Shown in pieces: positions 24,347 through 36,005 of a stretch of DNA of 50,825 bases. The notes under the pieces were generated by a model. It saw only the letters and a list, made by a program, of their open reading frames with translations. It did no database searches and was not told the origin of the DNA. Made by a program: the position numbers and the translations under genes. Origin of the DNA: Chiloscyllium plagiosum (Eukaryota). The stretch is from positions 12,561,773 through 12,612,597 of the forward strand of contig NC_057749.1 of NCBI RefSeq assembly GCF_004010195.1. Direction: 5' to 3'. The stretch's first letter is position 1. Every line of letters begins with the position of its first letter.

Positions 24347-24719
24347 GTGAGTGAATTCCAGATGAATTAAGGAGAAGCAGTTGACTGCTGTGAGGCTTTA
24401 GAACCTGGCTCCTAGGGGATTGCATATGTCAGTGTCAACATCCCATTCTGTCTGATGGAAATGAGCTCAATAATTCAAAACATGTAATACTATCCACATT
24501 CAGTGATTTTGTACAAATAAACAAAAAGAGAAAGTAAAAGGTGAACACATGCTCACTGTGCGACATATAAGATGTATTATTGCTCCCTCCTCAGCTAACA
24601 ATGGTGATCATCAGTGGGCAATGTTGCAGGATGAACCAGAAAATTACTTCCCAATCCCTCATGTAGTTAAACCCCATGAAAATAAGAGCAGGAAATGGTA
24701 AAAATTTTCCAAGTCCTCC

Positions 24720-25210
24720 CCCTTAACCATCTTCAGCTGCTTCATCCATGGCCTTCTTCCATCATAAGTTGATTGAACAATGGTCAGCACCATTCACAAC
24801 TCCTCAGCTACTGAAGTAGTCCATGTTCAAATGGAATAAGACCTGGACAATATCCAGATTTGGGCTGACAAGTGACAAGTAATATTCACACCACACAAAT
24901 GCAAAGCAAAGACCATCCACCCACTGCCCCTTGACATTCAATGGTGGTACCATCAGTGAATCCCCCACTATCAACATCCTGGGGATATCATTGACCAGAA
25001 AGTAACTGGACTAGTCATTATCTACTATGTCTACAAGAGCAGCTCAGACAGTAGGAATACCGCAGTGATTAACTCACTTCCTGACTCCAAATCCTGCCTA
25101 TCATATATAGTAACAAGTCAGGAGTATGATGGAATACTCCCATCTTCGTAGATGAGGGCAGCTCCAACAACGCTCAAGAAACTTGACAACATCCAGGTCA
25201 AAACAGTCCA
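24720..25210 (+). mobile_element. Old CR1/L2-clade LINE RT fragment
   Basis: DLDNIQIWADK remnant (gacctggacaatatccagatttgggctgacaagtg). Confidence 0.6.
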
Positions 25211-25432
25211 CTTTATTTGGTACACTGCAGTAACTCACTGTTTAGTAAGACTGTTTAGTATCTTCCAAACCATAACTGCTGCCAATGCAAAGGGCAGCAC
25301 TATCTGCAATTTTCTCATTAAGTCACAGACCATCCTTCAGTGTCACTATATCAAGAACCTGGAACTGACAGCAGGGAGACAAGTGCGAGGCTTGAAGGAG
25401 ATACAGTAATCAGAAATAGTAAACTGAAGAGA

Positions 25433-25993
25433 TAGGAGAAAGTGAGGACTGCAGATGCTGGAGATCAGAGCTGAAAGTGTGTTGCTGGAAAAGCGCAGCA
25501 GGTCAGGCAGCATCCAAGGAGCAGGAGAATCAACGTTTCGGGCATGAGCCCTTCTTCAGGAATGAGGAAAGTGTGCCAAGCAGGCTAAGATAAAAGGTAG
25601 GGAGGAAGGACTTGGGGGAGCCACAGCAACATCTCCTTCCTCAGCACCTGCCTACGGAACTGACGGACCCCGCACGGACACCGGACTCCTCATTTCCCCT
25701 CCCCCACCTTGTCTCAGTCCCAACCGTCGAACTCAGCACCGCCTTACTAACTTGCAATCTTCTTCCTGACCTCTCCACCCCCACACCCACTCCGGCCTAT
25801 CACCCTCACCTTAACCTCCTTCCACCTATCGCAGTTCCAACCCCCCTCCCCCAAGTCCCTCCTCCCTACCTTTTATCTTAGCCTGCTTGGCACACTTTCC
25901 TCATTCCTGAAGAAGGGCTCATGCCCGAAACGTCAATTCTCTTGCTCCTTGGATGCTGCCTGACCTGCTGCGCTTTTCCAGCAACACCTTTTC
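25433..25993. mobile_element. Internally deleted Penelope-type element with ~150-bp inverted terminal repeats
   Basis: Arms ~25470-25620 and 25846-25997 are reverse complements; flanked by direct repeat aactgaagaga (25422-25432, 25994-26004); hammerhead-like core in each arm. Confidence 0.75.
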
Positions 25994-28676
25994 AACTGAA
26001 GAGACGGGTCAGGCTGGAATATGACAGGGAGCAAGGAATACCTGTTGGATTAAACTGCATTTATTTCAATGCAAGAGAGCTGACGGGTAAGGCCAGTGAA
26101 CTCAGGGCGTGGTTAGGTACGTGGGACTGTATATTTATAGCCATTACACAAACCTGTCTAAGGGAGAGACAGGATGGCAGAATTGTGTACCAGGGTACAG
26201 GTGCTTTAGGCCGGTTAGAGGTGTGGAAGCAGGGTAGGGGGAGTTCTATTTTTGATTAAGATGAGTATCACAGCAGTAATCAGAGATGAAATAACTGAAG
26301 GATCATCCAGTGAGGCTTTGTGGGTGGAGCTAAGAAATAAGGGGATGGCGACTTTATTGGGATTGTACTATAGGCCCCCAAATAGTCAACGGGAATTAGA
26401 GGAATAATATGCAGGGAGACTGAGGAGACCTGCAGGAGCAATAGAGTTGTCATAGTAGGAGATTTTAATTTTCCTAACATAGGCTGGGACTGCCAGAGCA
26501 TTAAGGGCTTAGATGTGGTGGACTTTGCTAAATGTGTCCAGGGAAGTTTCCTCAAGCAGAGGGGAAGGGGCAAAACTCAACCTATTCTTGGCAAATAGGG
26601 CAGGACAGGTGATGGAGGTGACAGTGAGGGAGCACTTTGGGACCAGTGACCATAGTTCTACTAATTTTTAAATTGTTATGGAGAGTGACAAAACTGGTTC
26701 ACAGGCTCAAGTTCTAAATTGGGACAAGGTGAATTTTGATGGAATTGGACAGGAGCTTACAGGGGTTGATTGGATCAGTTTTTTTGCAGGCAAAGGGACC
26801 TCTGGCAACTGGGAGGCCTTTAAAAGTGAGATAGCTGGAGTTCAAGCTCTGTACATTCCTGTGAGGGTGAAGGGAAAGATAGGCAGAAGCAGGGAACCCT
26901 GGATGACAAGAGATCTTGAGGCTTTGACCAAAAAAAAGGAGACATAGCTCAGGTACAGGCAGCTGGGATCAAGAGAATCCTTGGAGGCACGTAAGGAATA
27001 CAGGAGTTTACTGAAGAAGGAAATCATGACGGCAAAAAGTGGGCATGAGATAGCCTTGGAAAATTAGGGTGAATCCAAAAGGTTCTTTAAATATATTAAA
27101 GGAAAAAGAATAACTAGAGAGAGAATAGGGTCCCTGAAGGTTCAATGTATGTGTAGAACCGCAAGAAACGAGGGAGGCCCTCAATGAATTATTTCTCTTC
27201 TGTGTTTACCGTGGAGATAGATATGAAGACTTGAGAACTTGGGGAATTAGTAGTGACATCTTGGGGGACAGTCTGTGTCACAGTAGATGAGGTGTTGGAT
27301 GTATTAGAATATATGAAGGTGGATAAATCTCCTGGTCCTGATCAGATATATCCAAGAACACTACAAGGGACAAGAGAAGAAATTGTGGGAATCTGGCTAT
27401 TTTTGCATCATTGATAGCCATGGGTGAGGTCCCAGAAGACTGGACGGTAGCAAATGTTGTGTCCTTATTCAGGAAGAGCTGCAAAGAAAAGCCTGGGAAT
27501 TATATACCAGTAAGCCGAACATCTGTGGTAACTAAATTATTTGAGAAGTTTCTGTGGGTTAAAATATGCATGCATTTCGAAAGACAGGAGTAGTCAGCAT
27601 GGTTTTGTGAGTGGGAAATCGTGCCTCACAAATTTAAGAGTTCTTTGATGAAGTGACCAGGGCGGTAGATATAATCTGTATGGATTTCAGTAAGGCCTTT
27701 GATAAGGTTCCACATGGTAGGCTGCTCTGGAAGGTTAAGTTGCATGGAATCCAGGTGGAGCTGGCAAATTGGATACACAACTGGCTTGATGGTAGGAAGT
27801 AGAGGGTAATAGTGGGAGGATGCTTGTCAGATTGGAAACTTGTGACTAGTGGAATGCCTCAGGGATTGGTGTTGGGCCCATTACTGTTTGTTATCTATAT
27901 CAATGATTTGGATGAGAATGTACAAGGCATGATTAGTAAGTTTGGGGATGACACTGAAATAGGCGGGATCATGGACAGTGAGGAAGGTTATCAGAGATTG
28001 CAGAAGGACCTGGGGAAGTGGGCTGAGAAATGGCAAATGGAGTTTAATATCAATAAGTGTGAGGTCTTACATTTTGGAAAGTTAAATCAAGGTAGGAGTT
28101 TCATGGTGAATGGTAGGACCTTAAGGAGTGTAGTGAGGCAGAGGGACCTTGAAGTTCAGGTTCATAGTTCTCTGAAAGTGGAGTCACAAGTAGACAGGGC
28201 AGTGAAGAAGGCTTTTGGAACACTGGCCTCCATCAGTCAGGGCACTGAGTTTGGAAGTTGGGGAGTTATGTTACACTTATACAGGACGTTGGTGAGGCCT
28301 CATTCGAGTATTGTGTTCACTTTGGTCACCTTGTTATAGCAAGCACGTTATTAAACTGGGAAGAGTGCAGAAGAAATTTACATGGATGTTGCCTGGACTC
28401 AATGATCTGAGTTATATAGGGAGAGGTTGGATTTTTTTTTCTTTGGAGCATAGGAAGGTGAGGGGGGTATTTTAGAAGTGTATAAGATCATGAGAGGTAT
28501 GGATAGGGTGATTACACTCGATCTTTTTCCCAGGATTGGGGAATCGAAGACTAGAGGGCATCAGTTTAAGGTTAAAGGGGAAAGAATAAAAGGGAACTTG
28601 AGGGGCAACTTTTATACACAGACGGTGGAATAAGCTGTCAGCTGAAGTAGTTTGAGTGGGTACATTAACGACATTT

Positions 28677-29009
28677 GTGGCAGCACGGTGGCTCAGTGGA
28701 TAGCACTGCTGCCTCGCAGCACCAGGGACCCGGGTTCAATTCCAGCCTCGAGCGACTGTCTGTGTGGAGTTTGCACATTCTCCTCGTCTGCGTGGGTTTC
28801 CTCCGGGTGCTCTGGTTTCCTCCCACAATCCAAAAGATGTGCAGGTCAGATGAATTGGTCATGCTAAATTGTCCATAGTGATATGTGCATTAGTCAAGGG
28901 TAAATATAGGGTAGGGGAATGGGTCTGGCTGGGTTACTCTTCGGAGGGTCAGTGTGGACTTGTTGGGACGAAGGGCCTGTTTCCATACTGTTGGGAATCT
29001 AATCTAATC
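28677..29009 (+). mobile_element. tRNA-derived SINE, HE1/V-SINE-like, nested in the LINE 3' region
   Basis: A box tggctcagtgg, B box gggttcaattcc, tail tctaatctaatc; LINE sequence resumes after it. Confidence 0.85.
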
Positions 29010-29245
29010 CAGAAAGGCATTTGGACAAATACATGGATAGGAAAGGATTAGAAGGATATCAACCAAATGCAGGGAAATGGGGTTAGCATGGACGGACATT
29101 TTGGTCAGTTTGGCCCAAAGAGCCTGTCTCCGTGCTGTAAGACTCTGACTCTGAGTGCACTTATAACTCACAGATTGCAGCAGGTTCCAGAGGCAGCTCA
29201 CACCACCACCACCTCCAGGGCATTAAGGGATAATCACTAAATCCA

Positions 29246-29530
29246 GATGACACTAAAATAGGCGGTATCATGGACAGTGAGGAAGGTTCTCAGAAATTGC
29301 AGCAAGACCTTGATCAGCTGGGCAAATGGGCTGAGATATGACAAGTAGAGTTTAATATAGATAAGTGTGAGGTCTTGCATTTGGAAAGTCAAATAAAGGT
29401 AGGAATTTCATGGTGAATGGTAGGACATTAAGGAGTGTAATGGAGCAGAAGGATCTTGGAGTTCAGGCTCTCAGTTCTCTGAAAGTGGAATCACAGGTAG
29501 ACAGAACGGTGAAGAAAGCTTTTGCACACT
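29246..29530 (+). mobile_element. CR1 RT fragment, same family as 27947-28230
   Basis: DDTKIGGIMDSEEG...LQQDLDQLGKWA. Confidence 0.75.
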
Positions 29531-30075
29531 TATTCTGCCATGTTCCCTCATTGAATAGGAAAATAAAGTTCATGTTTTGAGTTGATCCTTTTCATCAGAA
29601 CAGTTCTGCTATTTTGTTTCAGTTTCCCACATCTCTTTATTTCCTGCAATTTGTAGGTCGCCTGGTATGAATGTACAGGGTGAGCTCTAATAAATGATAG
29701 GAGATAGCACTGAGTGGAAGTTAAAAGGTTGGAAATAAATAAGTTGAGAGAAAGAAATTGGAGAATGCTGATTGGCTGAATTTCTTCAGCTGAGTTTGGG
29801 GAAAGAGTAGATTGTGGGATTCAGGGATTGTCAGGGCAGGAATAAGAATCTTGACTTGTTTTGATTGTCCAATGTTAGAGAGGAGTTAGGGATATTGTAT
29901 TGATCTGGGCCATCATTTTATGGCTCCTGTTAAGGGGATGGCATGGTTTTTTGATGTGAGGGAGTGAGTGTGAGACCAGAGTTCTATCATTATTCGTTCA
30001 GATTGATGGCTGGTGTGTGGTTGTGAAATGATGCTCCAGCAGCCAGTGATAGTTCTTGGCTGTTTGTGTTTGCAG

Positions 30076-30168
30076 GCCGTGAACTTGAAGATGGCATGTC
30101 TACGTTGAGTGGGCGACGAGGTTTACGACCAAAGATGATGATGCCTTTTGATACTCAGCCTCCTCAGC
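30076..30168 (+). CDS. neo1: Neogenin cytoplasmic exon ([31 protein letters not shown])
   Basis: ttgcag|GC...CAGC|gtatgt, 93 nt. Confidence 0.95.
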
Positions 30169-31626
30169 GTATGTGATAACGTTTCTTACTTCACCTTTCG
30201 ACAGTCATTTGTATTTTATAAACATGAGCAGATACTAAAAGATGCAACAGTGTCTGAGTTGCTGAGATGTGAATTGTCCTTTCTGAACAGCTCATTGGTG
30301 AAAATAGTTTATCACTGATTCTCTCAGACTCTGTCCCTTCTCTGGTGTCCAGGTACATCTTGTGTGTCTGCATATAGAGAATTGCAAGATTGAAAAATCA
30401 TTATTCAGGCATTTCTGCTGGAAACTTCATTTCATCTGAGAGCAGGCAGGACCAGGGACAATGTTCTTTGAAACTGATTGTTGACGATGCGCTTAGCTGG
30501 ACATCTTGTGTGATAAATGGACTTATACCAGAAAATTGGACAAATTCTGGAAAGTGCAGAGTTGTGCCCCCACGTTATAGATCAGTGACATCACTGTGTT
30601 GTACCTATGAATGATTCAGTGGATCTTTGTGAAATTACATCTCATTTTGCTAGGGACTTAAAATCCTCAAGTAATACTCAACTTTGCAACACTATGCAGA
30701 TGTAAATAAGTGTTTAACAACATCAGCAAAGCACTTGTAATGTTGTTGGCAACCTAAATCACTGAATTTCCTTTTAAATATTTGACGCATGTTTCCACAG
30801 ATGATAGAGCTGCCTGTAATGTGTGTGGTACAGGTTTTATTCAATAGCTGTTAGCAACTAATTGCAACCTTCATTTCAGGTGTGTGTGTGTGTCTGCAAT
30901 TCAAAAAGAGCCAAAAGTAAAGCATTAGAGACCAAAATGAATACCATTAATTTCAGCGAGGAATATGTGTGATCCAACTTTGTAACAACAGTCAGAAGTC
31001 CAGTGGTTCCCTTATTCATCAGTGGAGTTTTCAGTCAACCTATAAGATCTCAGACACAATTTGCTCACAGTAAGATTTCATAAACAGCAATGTGATAATG
31101 ATCACATAATCAGCTTCAGCTACTGGTTGAAGTAGTAGAATTGGCCAAGTCACTGCTGAGAACTCGCTTGCTCTTCCTCAGTAGTGCCACACAACATTCC
31201 TTCAAAACAAATTTGTTGACATGCATGACCACTTCTTTCAGTATGTTGTTTTTTAAAAATTATTTCTCAATAATGTACCTTACTATACAAAGGTGACTAC
31301 ACAGTAGCTGCAAACCTGCTGTGTTTGGCCACACAGTCAGCTTAGTATGAGCCTGATACTGAGGTATCCTTTATGCCTATCTGAGAATAGATATGGCCTT
31401 GGTTTAATATCTGTCTTGAAAGGTGAGGTGTGAAGCAGAGTATCTAGAGTTCTGTGTTTGTGCAGCTCCTGACAAAAAGTGTAGAGAAGTTCTGAATTGA
31501 TGATGAGTTTGGGGAAAGAGAGCCCTGAAAGTGATCCATTTGTCTGGGTGCAGGCAGTAACATTTCTCTAGATCAATGTAGTTGGTTCTGTGTGTGAAGT
31601 GCTCTCTGTGTTATATTCATTCACAG

Positions 31627-31776
31627 CTGTGATTAGTGCTCATCCCATCCATTCACTCGACAACCCTCATCATCATCACCTTTGTGACGGACCTTCATCC
31701 CCAACTCGCAGCTACCTTCGACATCAGATCAGCAGCCGGCCGCTTGGCCCATCAGTAGACAGGGCCAATTCTACAG
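31627..31776 (+). CDS. neo1: Neogenin His-rich cytoplasmic cassette exon, 50 codons ([18 protein letters not shown]...DRANST)
   Basis: tcacag|CT...ACAG|gtgaga, 150 nt, phase 1-1; corresponds to the recalled 53-aa mammalian alternative exon. Confidence 0.93.
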
Positions 31777-33005
31777 GTGAGACCTCAGCCCTGCCGTCTC
31801 GGAACCACAAGAGGGGAGGTTTATCTGCTGCCATTAGCTTTATTTCTACTTTATTCTTTCCTCAGGAAGATGGGCAGCAGCATTTTTATCCACCAGCGTC
31901 TTCCCCATGAGCTTTTCTTGGCTCATTAATGAAGGGGACTTCTGATTAATATTTCAGCTGTTGGCAAATATTGTGGTTTTGTATTTACCAATCTCTGTAC
32001 CACTTGGGGCTGTGTTTCTGAGAGATCCAGTAGTTCTATTTGGATGAATGGTAATGTGAAGATTGGAAATAGCACCAAGAGATTTATCTGGGCAGTGAGC
32101 TTAAGACCAGAGAGGACAAAAGCATCATTTGTAAACCTCCAGAAATTGGAAACACGAAGATTCTAGGGAAAGCAATTCAGAACCTTAAGAATGATCCATT
32201 TGTTTGCAAGAGCTGAACTATCATCAAAGAATGATGATGATTAAGAAACAAATTGCTGAAAAGTTGGGCCTTTTTCTGATTAGTACAACACAATTTAGCT
32301 GGCAACACCGTAGTTTTCTCAAGCTATGGAAGCATGGGAGAAGACAGACAGATGCATACTGTTTCATGAAGTTGAGGGATCATGATCAAAGACCCATAAA
32401 CAAAAAAAAGTCAAAAATTAAAATAGAAGCGCAATGTGAAGTCTGTTCATAGAGAGAATTCTGAAGGTATGAAATTCATTTGCATGAATAATAGAAATGT
32501 GGATACTATTTCAGCATAAAAGAATTGATTAGAAAAGTGAGTGAAGGAAAGGGTACAGAACAAAATGTTCATGTGAATATGCAGGGTTACGTTAACTGGT
32601 TGGCTGTCTTGTCATGTAATTTATACATATTTCAATGTTCTAATTTTGTGTGTACTGGATTACGCTTTGCTTTTGTTCTCATTTGCTTAGCTGTAATCCC
32701 ATCCTAAATACTCAAGCCAAATTTAGACCTCTTTGCTTAAACAATTTCCTTCATGCTGCAGGCTGATCTAGGAACATTTTTATCAAAATGTCTTCTGTAA
32801 ATCTCATCTTTACAAAGAAAATATTTATTGACCATTCAATTTAGAATGAGAATTACTTCTCTACACAGTAATTCTGCGTTAATTTATGAAGGAATTTTGT
32901 TTTACAAAGGTTAAGCATATCTATATGAGGTTATGTAGATTTTTTAGCCACAAAGTTTGGTAACACTTGAGTGTTGACTGTTCTTTATGATGATTCTTGT
33001 TTCAG

Positions 33006-33263
33006 AATCTGTACGGAATACACCAAATAGCGACATGTCACCAGCGCCAACTTCCCAGGCTCACCCTGTGGAGAGTATAGAGGCTGATGTTCCTGCAGTT
33101 TCATATTTGCCTGGATCTCAGGAGGAGGAGTCCAATCGCAGTGTTCCAACCGCCCATGTGCGTCCATCCCACCCACTGAAAAGTTTTGCTGTGATCACCA
33201 TCCCTCCTGTCAGTACCAACTATGAAACAGCATCATCGAGTACACCTTTACTGTCTCAGACAG
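33006..33263 (+). CDS. neo1: Neogenin cytoplasmic exon with P2 motif ([16 protein letters not shown])
   Basis: tttcag|AA...ACAG|gtgagt, 258 nt. Confidence 0.95.
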
Positions 33264-33438
33264 GTGAGTGAGCTGGGACTTACTTACCAAGTGAACAAAG
33301 GGGGCAGCTTCCAGTCAGGAAGTAACTTTAAAACTCTTGAGTCTATTTTGCTTTCTGTTGTTGATGTAAAATTTTGTTTAACGCCGAAAGATGGGTATGA
33401 TAGTTCTAAAAATCTAATGAGTCTTGTTTCACTTATAG

Positions 33439-33575
33439 GACCAAACCCGCAAGTACACTCTGTGAAGACAGCATCTATAGGAACCCTGGGTAGGAGCAGA
33501 TCCCCTATGGCAGTAACTGTACCCAGTGCACCGGATGTTGCAGAATCCACTAAAATGTTGGAAGACTCTGATAGT
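33439..33575 (+). CDS. neo1: Neogenin penultimate exon ([21 protein letters not shown]...MLEDSDS)
   Basis: ttatag|GA...AGT|gtaagt, 137 nt, phase 1-0. Confidence 0.95.
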
Positions 33576-33634
33576 GTAAGTTTGAACTAATTTTATCCAA
33601 GTGCTGGGTTATCATTACAAGCATTCATATGAAT

Positions 33635-34200
33635 TGAGAGCAGTCAACCATTCAGCCCCTTGAACCTGTTCTACCATTCGATAAAATAATGGCTGATCTG
33701 ATTTCTTCATATTAACACCTACCCTGATAACTTTTAACCTCACTTGCCTATCAAGACTATCCATCTCTAAATTACATTAAAATATTGTTTCTTCTGTCTT
33801 GAAGAAGAGTTCGAAAGAATCATGACCCACTTTGATAAATAAATTTCTCATTATCTGTTTTAAATGGGTGACTCTTTATTTAAAAATGATGACCTCTAGT
33901 TCTAGCCTCCCCACCTAGAGGAGACATCCTCTCCACAACCATCCTACCAAAACCTCTCAGGATTTTGTATGATTCAATCAAGTCATCCCTCACTGTTTTA
34001 AACTCCAGTGGATACAAACCCAGTCTATCCAACCTACTCATTCCAGTTATTAGCCAGGTAAATATTCTGTGAATTGCATTTACAGCCTTCCTTAAATGAG
34101 GAAACTAACACTGTACACAGTAATCTAAACGTGATCTCATCAATTCCCCGTATAAATGATGCACAACCTCCCGCCTTGTGACTTCAAATCCTCCCCCACC
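33635..34200 (-). mobile_element. Old CR1-like LINE 3' end
   Basis: ccattcagccccttgaacctg...atggctgatctg tail, similar to 2005-2320 and to the reverse complement of 13600-13870. Confidence 0.65.
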
Positions 34201-34337
34201 ATAAATAGTAATATTTTAACATTATCTTACATATCCCTTGCAGTCACACTGTCTGTCATGGATTTTCCTTTTTCTTCCTTTAGCCACTAGCCAGTTGGAT
34301 ACCTCACTTTTACAGTATTTGGCAAAGGTTCCAAACC

Positions 34338-34379
34338 CTGCCACCCCTTTACTGCCACCCCTTTACTGCCACCTTTTAC
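34338..34379. repeat. 14-bp tandem repeat x3 (ctgccaccccttta)
   Basis: Read directly from the sequence. Confidence 0.85.
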
Positions 34380-35009
34380 ACAGATAACAGGAAGTGTGAG
34401 ATTTTCAAAAGTTAATAAAACATTGTATTAGGGTTTTTGGAATTGACTAATTTTTTTTCTCATCCCACCATTTCCCATCTTGTGTTTGTTGCTCTTTTTC
34501 CAGTGCAGTTGGCTATGCTTCCTCTGAGTAACCTCATTTTTTTTAATACTGACCAAACAAAGTCAGTGATCAACTCTCCCTTATCATCAAGTCCATTAGA
34601 ACAATGATTACTATCTCCTCTTCACTATTGATCTGCATAGCTGGGTCTCTACATCCTATTCAGATGCATTGGTGATGAATCTAGAATTTAATCAAATTCT
34701 TTCCTACTTTTGGTGATCTCCAAACAACACAGCAAGGGTATAGGGCTAGACCACCCCTTGTCCACACAACAAGTGAAAGCCTTCATGAAAACAGAAGTAC
34801 TGATCTAAGGTTTGTTTTTTTTTGTGGAGGAATGCTTGACCACTCCTCCTAATATCATTGGCTCACTCTGTGAGAAACTGCAGAGGGGTACAGTGTTGTT
34901 AAAAGTGATTCTTAGGCAAGACCTGAGTACCTTAAGAAATATTGCTTTGTTATCAACCAACACCTTCATATTAACACCTACCCGGATAACTTTTAACCTC
35001 TCTCTACAG

Positions 35010-35093
35010 AATTATGGCCCAGATGAACTTACGGAAGAGATGACACATCTCACAGGTTTAATGAAGGATCTGAATGTTATCACTACGGCATAG
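35010..35093 (+). CDS. neo1: Neogenin last coding exon with P3 motif (NYGPDELTEEMTHLTGLMKDLNVITTA*)
   Basis: ctacag|AAT...GCA TAG; the C-terminal ITTA is neogenin-type, not DCC-type (ITGSAF). Confidence 0.96.
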   Translation, partial: NYGPDELTEEMTHLTGLMKDLNVITTA

Positions 35094-35810
35094 ATACAGA
35101 CAAACTGAAAATAGAGCAGGTCTGAAAGGAGTATGTACAAGACACCCAGAAGGGTCAGATACAAAACATAATGTGATGTGTTAAGTCTCGTGGAAATTGC
35201 CTTTGTGACGATCTCAGTCCAGTGGATCCAGACTTTTGGATAATCATAAAATCCAGTTAATGCCATGGAACCTGACAACTCTCAGCTCTGACAGACCTGG
35301 AAATGTACTGGAAACACCAGTATAGTGTTCGACATTCGATATCGTCTATTTACTGCGTGTTTACGTTTTCTGGTGTTATAAAAAGAATGTTGAATTGTTA
35401 CTTTGGTATGCAGATGTGATGTTTGACTGCCTCACCGTAAGTTGGCGTGAGATGCATCAATTACTAATGTGGCCATTTCTTGCTTCCTCTGCATCACACA
35501 GTGCCGTGGCATACAGACTCTAATCTACATCCTTCTGATCAAACTGCCAAGCTATCTGCGTTCATCACTGTGATCTCTTAGCAACCTTCAGAATATTACT
35601 GCTAGACTTGGCAAGTTAGCTGATTAAAGCACAATTAGGAAGAAGGAACTGGCAAGCCCGATCCACAAATAACTCGAGGCTTAGCATGACTCAAAGCACA
35701 TCGATTTAAACAAGTGTGCAGCAGTTGACATTTTATATGAAGAATAATATCTTCATGTGTTCTATTGGAAATCATTTAGCCATAAGAAAAAAAGCTAAAT
35801 ACACCCTACC

Positions 35811-36005
35811 AAATGGGTTTAGATTACAAATTCTTTCTTAAAGTGTATCAAAGGGGTTCCAAATACACAGCCAGCATTAAACCCTATTGAATGGGTTCCA
35901 ATTACATGGTCTTTATTAAACCTGATCAAATGGGCTCCCATTATGTAACCAGCATTAAACCCTAGAGATGGGGTCCAATGATTAAAAATTTCAGTAAGCA
36001 GGTTC
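35811..36005. repeat. Degenerate 39-bp minisatellite in the probable neo1 3' UTR
   Basis: aaatgggtt..attac..attaaacc units start at 35811, 35850, 35889, 35928 and ~35966. Confidence 0.75.

Larger units (their letters stand above)
25370..29152 (+). mobile_element. CR1/HER1-like LINE with nearly full-length decayed ORF2, hosting two later insertions
   Basis: CIYFNAR, GDFNFPNI.W, KSPGPDQI, PGNY.PVS.TSVV, DFSKAFDKVPH, SGMPQG.VLGP and KF.DDT in order; tail gactctgactct. Confidence 0.9.

Noticed and set aside
25370..29152. Active retrotransposon or domesticated RT gene (also 41656-44950)
   Set aside because: ORF2 is broken by many stops, frameshifts, deletions and nested insertions
29246..29530. 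Local duplication of 27947-28230
   Set aside because: Many differences, and it retains gatcagctg missing from the upstream copy; better explained as an independent insertion of the same family
799..35093. Calling the + strand gene DCC
   Set aside because: The 11-aa exon, [18 protein letters not shown], the His-rich exon and the C-terminal ITTA are neogenin-specific
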